64,000 bases of DNA from Abditibacterium sp. (lineage in GTDB: Bacteria > Armatimonadota > Abditibacteriia > Abditibacteriales > Abditibacteriaceae). Of this stretch, positions 29,863-39,700 are shown in pieces (within the stretch, counting starts at the first letter, position 1; each line of letters opens with the position of its first letter). The notes under the pieces were generated by a model, which saw only the letters and a program-made list of their open reading frames with translations, was not told where the DNA came from and did not search any database. A program made the translations under genes and the position numbers. Location of the stretch: the NCBI GenBank assembly GCA_965199495.1, contig CBDASK010000003.1, positions 544,001 to 608,000 on the forward strand, given 5' to 3'.

Positions 29863-30068
29863 TCACCTTACGCGGTTGGAGTATGGTAGGCCCCTATTTT
29901 GTCATTCTGAGCGTAGAGAGGAACGAACGAAGCCGAAGAATCCATGACGTAGAACTCTCAACGAACTGAAACTCTGTCGCAAGCGGTGGATTCTTCGGCT
30001 TCGTTCGTTCCTCTCTACGCTCAGAATGACAAAATAAGGGCCTACCATACTCCAACCGCGTAAGGTGA
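29863..30068. repeat. 206-bp palindromic element (82-bp arms, 1 mismatch) with a GTCATTCTGAGCG..GAAGAATCC REP-like core
   Basis: Arms 29863-29944 and 29987-30068; outer ends CCTTACGCGGTTGG. Confidence 0.9.
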
Positions 30069-30105
30069 GTTATGGACTGAAAGTTGAATCAAGTTTCCCC
30101 AGTTA

Positions 30106-33100
30106 TCAGGGAGGATTGAGCGGGGGCAAACGCGATTCGCTCACCGTTTTAATTTTCTCGACAAAGCGCCCATCGGGCGCGGTGATGCGAATGGCGAAGC
30201 GCGCGACCTGGGGCGGCGCGGCAACAATGTAGGTCGCGTCAACACCACTTCCGGGCTGGCGAAACAGGCCAAAAGTGGCGCTGTTGCGCAGCGGAGGGCG
30301 CGGCACTTCGCCCAGCGCCATTTCGATGACCGCAGGCGGGCGGCGTGGAATCGGGGCGAAACTGGCGGTAACGCGCACGCGATATTGGGCGTCGAGCGTT
30401 GCGTCGCGCGGCGAGGAACTCGAAAAACTCAGCAGCAGTCGCGCGGGCGGCGGCAGGGTAATTTTGGTCAGCGTCGGCGTGCCCAAATCGGGCGCGGGGT
30501 TGACCGCGCCGCCGTCAATGGTGGCCAAAACTTCGCCGCTACGCCCCAGCGGGTCGGTGAGGCGGACGGAAAACTGAATGGCATCGTCCAACGCCGCCCG
30601 CCGAATCAGAGCGCGATAAGTCGTCACTCCCGCCGTTGTGCCCACAATCCACACGCCCGAACCGGTCGCTGGCGGCGCGGAAGGCAGACTTTGCAGCGGC
30701 GAATCGAAGGTGAGCAGTCGGTTCACCGTATCGTTTGGGTCGAAGTGCGCCGGGGCGCCCGGCAAAGTGGCGCGGACGGACAAATTATGCGCGCCGAGCG
30801 GCGTTTTGGCGACGGGCGCACTGCTCGTCCACTGCGCGATAATGTCGGGCGGCGCCGGGCCGGTTCCCAGCAGAAGCGCCGATAACGCGGGCGGATCGGC
30901 GGGCGGAATCACGATCCAAGCGGCGGAACTGGCGGGCGAGCGGCCCGGCAAACCGCCGCGCGTCGCGTCCGGCCCCGTCCAAGCCACAGCGCGATACCAG
31001 ACGCGCCGCCACGATCCGTCGGGCGCGTCGGTGCCGGTGGCTCCTGTGATGAAGTCGGTGGCGAAGGCGTCGGAGTTTTTGGCGACGATCCAGCCGCCGC
31101 CGCTATTTTCGAGGCGCAGGAGCGGCGGCCCCATCGTGTCGAGTTCTTTGGCGGCATCGTCCACTCGAACGCGGTGCAGATCAATTTTCTTGACGCGCGG
31201 CCCCGGTCGCGTCGCAACCGAAAGGCGCGCCTTGAAACTGGGCGGCACTGTCATTTCGTCGAGAACGCGCTGCACTTCGAGCATCGGCGGCGCGGGCACC
31301 ATGATGTGCGGCGTGGCCAGCGCAATCAGAGCGTCTGGACTCGTTGGCCAGTCGCTTTCGACTTGACCGGCGCTCGATCCGATGATGATGTAGAGATGAA
31401 TCGCGGTCGAACCGCGCGGCAAAACCACGTCGTGCGAAGTGCCGGTCAGGGCGGTCGAGTTGAGCCGCGTGAAGGCGCGGCGCGGAATGGCCGCGAAATT
31501 GTCCTTGATGATTTTGAGACGGTCATCGAGGGTTTGCGAGGGCGTCGGTTCGGGGCGTCCGAGCGCGCGTAGCACCTGCGTTTCATCCGATTCGTAGATG
31601 AAATAGCCCGCCGAATTGGGTTGCGCCGTCCACGCGATGCGGGCGTGCGCTTCGCCAGCGGCATCGGGCAAGCTGGAAAATGCGACGTGTTCGATGGGCA
31701 CGACCGGCGGGCGCGGATCGGACGTGCTGACCACAATGGGATTGGCCGACCACGCGCCCAAGCGCTGCGGCGCAATCCGCTCTTGCGCCTGCGCCCACAG
31801 CGATAATCCGATGTGTCCCGTCGCGTCGAAATTGAGCGAAAAACCCGGCACGGTCAAGCGATAACGTCGCGCTTCCGTTCCTTGCGCGGGGCCAAACAGC
31901 GCCTGACCTTCGCCGTCTGCGGTGAGGCCGATAATCGTCGCGCCGGGCACCGAAGGCACATCGCCCGCAAATTTCACTTCCAGAAACGGTTCGGCGCCGC
32001 CCAGAGAACGGCTCAGACCTCCCGGCGGGCCGGGAGGCGCGGGCGAACCGTGTTCGGCGGCGACAAAAAGTTGTCCCGCGAAGCGGATCAGGCCCGGCGT
32101 GCGAACGCTCCAATCCCACAGAAACTCGACTTCCAGCGTCGCAGGACAAATCGCGCCGCTCGCGGGCACCTGGGGCGTCAATTTGGCGCTCGCCAAACGC
32201 ACCTGATCGAGATCGGGTTGCGTCATGGCCAAATTGACGGTTTTCCACGGCGTCCACTGGCCATAAATATCCTGCACGGCGGCACCGTAGAGCAGACTGC
32301 GCGTGCCGGGATTAGCAGCCACCGGCAGTTCGTGGTCGATAAAATTGAGGCGCCACGATTCGGGGTCGTCGGGATTGGGACTGTTGATGACAATCGGCGC
32401 GAAACCGCCCGCGCGCCGCTTTTGCATCAGCGCCGCGACCGGTTCGGCGGGCGCAAGGCCGACGCGTGCCGCCGCGAAACTGACGGTGCGAAAAAGCGGA
32501 ATTGCGGGCGGGCGATCCCACGCGACGCGCGCCGACGCGCGCCAGGGACCGTCGCTTAACTCTGGCTTGAGCCAGCCCAGCATTTGCGCGACGAGATTGG
32601 CGGGCGGTGGCGGCGCGGGCGGCGCGCCGGGTAGCGGAATCAACGCCGCCATGTCGAGCGGCGCGGACTGGCCGTCCAAACCTTTTTCCCAGTGCGCGGT
32701 GATGCGAAAATCAACGCGCCGCTTGAAATCGTCGGCATTCACGAGCGGATAAGCGGTGCCAAAACCGAGCGTCAAGCTCAAAAACGGATCGGTGCCCGCC
32801 GCCAAAAACGTCATACTGAGCGGCGACACTTGGCCGTCGCTGCTATCCGTCGTCATGCTCTGGCCCGCCGAGTTCGCGGGCGCGGGAATCGCCATCGTTT
32901 GCTTCTGGGCGGCTTGCTCACCGGGCGAAAAATTGGCGGCGACATCTCGCAACCGATCCATCAATTCGCCGTTAGCTTCGTTCACCAGAGCGTCGAAATC
33001 GGGCGCTCTCCAGTTGGGAGCCGGGGTGCCGGACGCAAGCAACGATGCCCAGCCGAGGGGCGGCGCACCGCGCTTCAACCGATCTATCGCCGCCGAAAAA

Positions 33101-33720
33101 GCATCAGTTTCGGCGCCTTCCAAGCCTTGTTTGGTGCCCTGACGACTGAACGCGGCCCAATCCGCTTCTTTCACCGGCAAGCCCACGGTTTCGACTTTTG
33201 TCCAGCCATCGGCCTGCGAAAGCGCATCGGGCGTGACGCCCTGCACGCCCGACACCGAAATGCCCGATGAAACCAGCAAACCATCAATGAAACTCGCCGA
33301 CAGACTGACGGAAGTCGCGCCCGCCGTTACGCTTTGAATCGCCACCACGCTGCTAATCGAGGGACTGCCCGCAAAAGCCGCGATAAATCCGCCACTTGGC
33401 GCCGCAATTTGCACGGTGACGCTACCCATCGCGCCATCGGGCCAGGTAATGGCGGTCATGCTCTGAAACAAGAGCGAGGTCTGCGAAAAATCCAGCCGTT
33501 TCGTCCCATCGCGCAGCGAATGGGGCCGCGACCAGATTTGAAACGGCTCGGTTGGCAGGCCGAGTTCACCTTTCAGCATCCAGCGCAGTTGAATAGTGGG
33601 CCGAAAATTCTGACCCTGAATGTTGACACCCGGCACGCTCAGGCGCCGCACCGATTCGACCCAGTTGACGAGCGCGCCTTCCGCTTGAAATTTGGTCGGG
33701 TCTACGAGAAAAGTGGCCAT
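30106..33720 (-). CDS. Large hypothetical protein (~1204 aa), probably tandem beta-sandwich (FN3/Ig-like) domains
   Basis: Long ORF starting 1 nt after the upstream stop; recurring patterns ARVAWD, YGAAVQDIYGQWTPW, ARIAWT, WYRAVAW, FSVRLTDPLGR; no signal peptide. Confidence 0.75.
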   Translation of the reverse strand: MATFLVDPTKFQAEGALVNWVESVRRLSVPGVNIQGQNFRPTIQLRWMLKGELGLPTEPFQIWSRPHSLRDGTKRLDFSQTSLLFQSMTAITWPDGAMGSVTVQIAAPSGGFIAAFAGSPSISSVVAIQSVTAGATSVSLSASFIDGLLVSSGISVSGVQGVTPDALSQADGWTKVETVGLPVKEADWAAFSRQGTKQGLEGAETDAFSAAIDRLKRGAPPLGWASLLASGTPAPNWRAPDFDALVNEANGELMDRLRDVAANFSPGEQAAQKQTMAIPAPANSAGQSMTTDSSDGQVSPLSMTFLAAGTDPFLSLTLGFGTAYPLVNADDFKRRVDFRITAHWEKGLDGQSAPLDMAALIPLPGAPPAPPPPANLVAQMLGWLKPELSDGPWRASARVAWDRPPAIPLFRTVSFAAARVGLAPAEPVAALMQKRRAGGFAPIVINSPNPDDPESWRLNFIDHELPVAANPGTRSLLYGAAVQDIYGQWTPWKTVNLAMTQPDLDQVRLASAKLTPQVPASGAICPATLEVEFLWDWSVRTPGLIRFAGQLFVAAEHGSPAPPGPPGGLSRSLGGAEPFLEVKFAGDVPSVPGATIIGLTADGEGQALFGPAQGTEARRYRLTVPGFSLNFDATGHIGLSLWAQAQERIAPQRLGAWSANPIVVSTSDPRPPVVPIEHVAFSSLPDAAGEAHARIAWTAQPNSAGYFIYESDETQVLRALGRPEPTPSQTLDDRLKIIKDNFAAIPRRAFTRLNSTALTGTSHDVVLPRGSTAIHLYIIIGSSAGQVESDWPTSPDALIALATPHIMVPAPPMLEVQRVLDEMTVPPSFKARLSVATRPGPRVKKIDLHRVRVDDAAKELDTMGPPLLRLENSGGGWIVAKNSDAFATDFITGATGTDAPDGSWRRVWYRAVAWTGPDATRGGLPGRSPASSAAWIVIPPADPPALSALLLGTGPAPPDIIAQWTSSAPVAKTPLGAHNLSVRATLPGAPAHFDPNDTVNRLLTFDSPLQSLPSAPPATGSGVWIVGTTAGVTTYRALIRRAALDDAIQFSVRLTDPLGRSGEVLATIDGGAVNPAPDLGTPTLTKITLPPPARLLLSFSSSSPRDATLDAQYRVRVTASFAPIPRRPPAVIEMALGEVPRPPLRNSATFGLFRQPGSGVDATYIVAAPPQVARFAIRITAPDGRFVEKIKTVSESRLPPLNPP

Positions 33721-33721
33721 A

Positions 33722-36700
33722 TCAGTTGATTTCCTCCCACGGCGCGTTCGCCAGTTGCACGTCGAGAACCGGCACGAAACTGTCGGTGGCTGCCGCACCG
33801 TCGAGATAAGGCGCCGTCTGCGCAATGCGCTTGAATGCCAACTTCAAATGCTTATCGCGCGCGCCGTTTTTGAGCGTAATTAAAGCGCGCTGACCGCCCG
33901 GCGCCACAACGATTTTATCCACGATGTCATCGCCGCCCGCCGCTTGCGCGATGTCGAGCCAGCGCGTGTCAACCATCTCGAAATGCTTGGCGGCGGCCAA
34001 CGTGGAATCGAATATTTCGGTGGGAATGGGCCGAGAACGCTGCATCGGCTCGGACGCGTCGAGCAAAATGGCGACGGGTTGCGGCGCGCCTCCGCTCGAT
34101 TCCCAGAACACCAGCGCTTGCGGCGCTTTGGGGACGGGCAAAGCATCGAGTCCGGCATTTTGCAGCGCCGTGTCGAACTCGTGGCCTTGGGGAGCGCGAC
34201 TGGCGAAATTGGTTCCAATCGCCTGCAATTTCCCATTATCGGCGGAGTGAACGCCGCGATGCCCAACGCGCACGATTTGGAAGCTCTGGGCGAACTCTTC
34301 GAGCGAGCGAAAACCGCCGGTCGTAAAGGTTTCGCGCCAGATGCGCGTGCCGGGACTGCCGTCAGGCGCGCTCTTATCGAGCATTTCGATGTCGAGCAGA
34401 TAATCGGTGTAAAGGTCGAGCGGAATGGGAATTGTGACCATGCTGTGCCGCACGCGCTCGCCCTTAACCGGCACGCAGGAACCCTGAATCGCGCTTTGAA
34501 CCGCGTCTTCCCACGGCGACAAAATCGCGGCTTTGACGGGCACAAGCGTAGTCGAATCGAGCGGATGCGGGTGTTTCACGCCCGGCGGTGGCTCCACGGG
34601 CCGGAACGAGGCGGGCCGCAGTCGGGCTTGCAACTTTTTGCCGTAAGCGTCGAAGAGCAGCACCAAATTGTTGCTGGCGAAAACCACGCGCACCGGCTCG
34701 GAAGCGAAAAAGTGCTTTTCGCCCTCGCCCGGCAACCCCACCAAAACGTAAGGATCGAGGCGCGCGGGCGGCGCATTATCGGTGCGAAACCAGAACGACT
34801 GTTTTATATCTGCGCCCGGAGTGCCGCCGCTGGGATGAGTATCGGGAGCTGGCTTCTGGATATTGACGTTCCAGGTGACGCGAATCTGGTAAGTTTGGTC
34901 GGCCAACAGCAGGGCGTTATCGGCGCTATCGAGGCCCAGCGCCTTTTCCAGAGTGCCTTGTTTGATGGTTTGCTGGGAGTCGTCGTAATCGAAGCGCTGC
35001 ACTTCTGCGGTGCGGCGCGCTTCAAACGCTGCGACATAAAAAGGCCGCGCCGTGATGGTTTGGCGGATTCTGCGGCTTTCGCGCGTGGCGCCGATTTGCA
35101 CGCGGTCGGCTTTGGCGCCGCCCTTGATCTGGACGAAAACGCCGACATAACCTTTGCGCGTCGGCAGCATTTCCGTCACCAGCACCACGCTGCGATGCCA
35201 CGGACTGCTCGCGTCGTTCCAGGCGGGCGGAAAACTCAGCGGCGGCAGCAGGTCGTCGCTCGTGACGATGTGCTGGTCGAAGAAGTTGTCGTCGCCGTCG
35301 CTTGCCGCGACCACAATGGCGCCCGATCTCAGCAAACGTTCGGGAATCCAGAGATAAAAGCGCGCAAACTCAAAGGCACCAGTCTCAAAAACAACGGCGT
35401 CATCGAGCGGGCCGGGCCGGAATTTGGCTTTCTCCCAACCAGCAGCCACGAGGTCTTTGCGCGTCGGATTGCCAAAGGCCACCGGCTCGCCGTTGTCCAA
35501 AACCGGCGACGCCAAAACGCGGGCGAAGCAACCGCCCTGCCCGTTCGACGCGGCGCGGGTATCCGAAAGGCTCAAATTCAGCAGATCGGCGCGTCCCACG
35601 GCCTCACCCGACGCGAAACTCGCCAGAGCATCGCTGAGCGTCAGACTTTGGAGAGACGTGGTTTCCAGCGATTCGCCGCCGCGAATCGCGGTGATGGGAT
35701 TGATGCCCGCGAAAACGCCGCCGCGATTCGCGTTGCCGAGCGGGTTTCGTGGGCCGTCGGGGTTGCCAAAGGGGTCTCGATCCGGGCAGGCGACGGCGCT
35801 GCCTTCGACCTGCGCCGCCACGATGCCGCGCAGTTGGTCGGCCAGAGCATCGCCGCTACGCCAGCGCTCGGAAACGTGAATTGCGGTGTCCGGCGGCGTC
35901 GAGCTAATCGTGCCCGGCGGGTCGGGCAAAGCGATGCCATTTAAATTCCAGCCCGACGCCGAAACGCCGAGATTGGAACGCAAAAACGTCCAGAAAATCG
36001 AGGTCGCGGGCGCGGCGGGCTGACAGACCGTGCCCCACTGCTCCGCGATCATCTCGTCGAGATACTTGCTCGAACCCAGCGCCTTGGGCGTCGCGTCGGG
36101 CACCCAACTCAATAGGGCGAGTTGCGCTTCGAGGGCCGCTTTACCGGTTTTGGGCTTCCACCATGTCGCGGGCGTTTGGCCGGTCGTGACGCCGCCCGTC
36201 ACCAGTTCCACGCTTTTGAGGCTATATTGATACCAGGTGTCGCCGCGTTGCACCCAACCGTCGGCGGGCGCTTCGGGCGTGCCGCCGATGGGCTGCCCCA
36301 AGAATTTGAGCGCCGGGTCTTGCAGCGGCGGCATCGCCATCAAAAGCGAGGGAATCGCGTCAATCGGCACGACGGGCCATTGTCGCGGTTGGCTGGGGTC
36401 ATGGGGATCAGGTGGAGTGGTCGGATCGGGTGGCGGCGTATCGCCGTCTTTTGGGTCGCCCCCTACAGCGTCGCCGATGCCGCTGTCAATGGGCTTATCA
36501 ACGCCCGTTCCCAGCACCAGAGCGGGCGAGCGGCTAATAAGTTTGAGCGAGGCCACGAGGTTGGGCAACGGCGCGGGCGGTACGTTGTCTGGGCCCAGCG
36601 AAAACGAAACGCAGCCTTTCACGGAAAAGAAGAAGAAATGGACTTCGCCGCAAATATCGCCCCAGATGTGCGAAGTTTTGTTGCCCGCGCCGTCTTCGCC

Positions 36701-39700
36701 GATATCAACATGCAAATCGGCCCACGCGCTGATATCTATGATGAACAGATGCAGCGTGCCACGCACCGTCAGCGTGCCCGCCAAGCGAAATGGCGAAAAC
36801 CCGATGATGGCATCGAACCCGGCGGAAAGACGCGCGAACAGCGGCCCGCCGCCCCATGTAAACGAGACGTGAAGCCCGGTGGCGATGGAAAAACCGGTGA
36901 CCGCAGGCAAACTGCCGATGCCCGACAAGCCATCGCCCGACAGCATCAGGTAGCCCGACGCGTCGAAAACTTGCAGCACTTTGGCCTGCACCTGATCGAG
37001 ATAGCGCCCGACGAAAAGACGCCATTTTTCGGTGTGATTGAAATCGAAAAATGCCTCGACGGGAATCGAGATTTTGAGCAACGGATCGATGTCAAACAGA
37101 ATCGAAAGGCCGACGGTCAGCGTGCCGCGCCCAAAATCAAGGTCAATGACCGCCAAAAAGTTGCCTTCGGCGTTGCCTTTGAGTTCGGGAATGACCGCCA
37201 AAACTTTGGCTTTCATCATCAGCAACAGACGCGGGCCGGGCAGTTCCAGCAGCACCACGCCTTTGAGGTTGAATATCACGCTGCTGCCCATCGTGCCCAG
37301 AATGGCGCCGACGCCAAAGGCCCAGGTATCGGCTTTGGGCTTCCAAAACGCGATGTCGGTCGGATTGCCGCCCGTCGCTTTGAGCCACGCCAGGGCGGGC
37401 GTCACGCTGCCGCCCGCGAAATCTTGCTCGTTGCGGGCGTAGTTCATGGCGAACAGGCCGAGAAAACCGTAAATGCCCAAACCCGATGTCGCAAGCGGAA
37501 TGGCGACGGGAAATTCGACGCTGAGCGTGACGATGACGGCGGTTTTGTCGGGATCAATATGCGCGATGCCCACGCCCGCCGCGATTCGCACCTGCACCGG
37601 CACGATGGTGAGGTCAATTTGGCCCTTGATTTCGTTTTGGTTGAGTTCGAGATAACCTCGCCCCTGAATCGCGCCGGGGATATCAATGCCCGCGCCAAAC
37701 GCGGTCAGTTCGGGAATTCCGGGCGGGTCTAACTTGAGGCGCACCCGCGCGCGGTCAATGGAAACCACGCCCAGATCGATGGCGAAACCGAGATCAATTT
37801 CGAGTATCAATGGGTTATTGCGCGCGATGCGGGCGCCCAGAACCTTCAAAATCTGGCCGAGCGGCTGCGCCACCTGAATCGCTCCGGGCCGCGACACGTC
37901 AATGGTGTAGCCTTTGGAAGCGTCGAACATCGGGCGCGCCTGAAACTTGGGCTGTCCCGGCGGATTGCCCAGCAAAAGTCCGATGGCTTTGTAGCGCACC
38001 ACGAGCGGCGCTTCGGGCGGGATAGTAATCAGATCGGCGATGTTGGCCGAAATCGCGGTCTCGAAATCGAAGAGCGCCACCACCTGCGTGCCGTCGGGAC
38101 GCACCTGAACCGTCAGTTCGCCGCCATACCAGATCACGCGCTCGACATTCAGAAATGGCAGACTGCCCAGCGTAAAGGGCAGCGCCAGCGTCGCCGCCGT
38201 AACGCCAATTTCGGCGAGCGCGCCATCACCAGCCACGGCGCTCGCCGCCGCCGAAAGCAGCGGCATAAACGCGATGGCCATGCCCAGATAATTGCGACCC
38301 AGATTGCGCGGCGCAAGCGCTTCGCCGGGCAGCGAACCGGTCATCATCAGGCCGTCTTTATCGGCGGGGTCGGCCCCGAAGTAACCGCTGACGGTGACAA
38401 TATCGGTCGCGTCGTCAATTTGCACGACGACGCGCAGGTCAATGATGCCGTCGGACGGATTGCTACCCAGTCGCCGCAGCGCGGGCATATTGGCGTCCGA
38501 AACGCCGCCTTGTCGAAGCATTCTCTCGGACGAAGTTTGGATATCGAATTTGCCGAAAACCTCGCACGCCACAAACTGATTCTGCACAATGCGAACCTTG
38601 GCGCCGACTTCCTTGAACCAATCGGGCGGCGGTGGCTGCGTCGCGGCAGTTGTAGTCGGATTATCGGGCAAAGGCGCGGGCACAATCGGCGTGGGCGCAT
38701 CGCGGAACACCCGGCCCGTCGTAATCGTGCCCGGTATCGGTTGTGCTGGCCACGAAGCGATAGCTTTCCAAAACAGACTGCGTTGCCCCGCGCCGCCGCC
38801 CTGCTCGGCGGCGTTCCAGTGCGTCATGTCGGCGGCAGTGTCCGGGAAGGCGAAATTTTTGGCGCCCTGATGGGCCGCGATAATCGCTTGCAACCCAAGC
38901 GCCCGCCGCCGCGCCAGAGCGGTGTTATAAACCAGCTTGTCGGCGCCGGGCGCCTCGAAACTGGAAAACCCGTGAATCGTGATGGCCGTGCCCGCCGGTA
39001 AATTCGCCAAAAGCGGCGCGATGCCCGACCCGGCAGAAGTGCCTTCGGGCCACGGCGCCGTCAGCCCTTCATCGGCGGCGTGGCTGGTGTTGGTGGAACG
39101 CGTCGTTGAAGGCGGATTGTCCTCGATTTGGGCGAAAGCGCGCGTGCCGTCGTCGGTGGACAAACGGCCATCGGACGTGCGCGCGGGCGGCTGATCGAAG
39201 CGAAAAAACGCTTCAAAATGGTCGGTCGCGGCGGCGCCGGGCACTTCGGCGCTAACGGGCACGCTCGCGCCCGCCGCCAAATCCACTTGAACCGTCAGAC
39301 TGGTGCCTTTATCAACGCCGCCGACCGTCCATCTGGCGTTGGTGGGCACATCGGTGGCGAGTTTCACCGTCGCTGTCGCAGGCGTTTCGCCGCTCAAAGT
39401 TAGGCGAGGCGCCCCGACTTCCAAACCGCCGCGCGTCGCCGAAAGCGTCTCGATTTGCGCGGGCGCGCTTCCTGCGGGCAACGCCGTGCCGGGCGGAGCG
39501 GGCAGCGAGGCGGGCAAACGGTTGGCGACGGCAGTGAGCGTCGCCGTTAAAGGCGTCGGGCGACTATCGGTAACGCTGATGAGAATGGTGCGCGGATTGG
39601 CCGACGACAAATCGCACTCGAAAACACGCCCCGCAGTGGGCGCCGCGCCATCGAAGCCAACCGAAGCATTGTAGGGCGTGAGGCCGCCATTCACATCAAC

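Noticed and set aside
33944..37732. Long plus-strand ORFs (666 aa, 536 aa) opposite the giant gene, and similar antisense ORFs elsewhere
   Set aside because: Shadow ORFs expected from GC-rich codon bias; no recognisable motifs.
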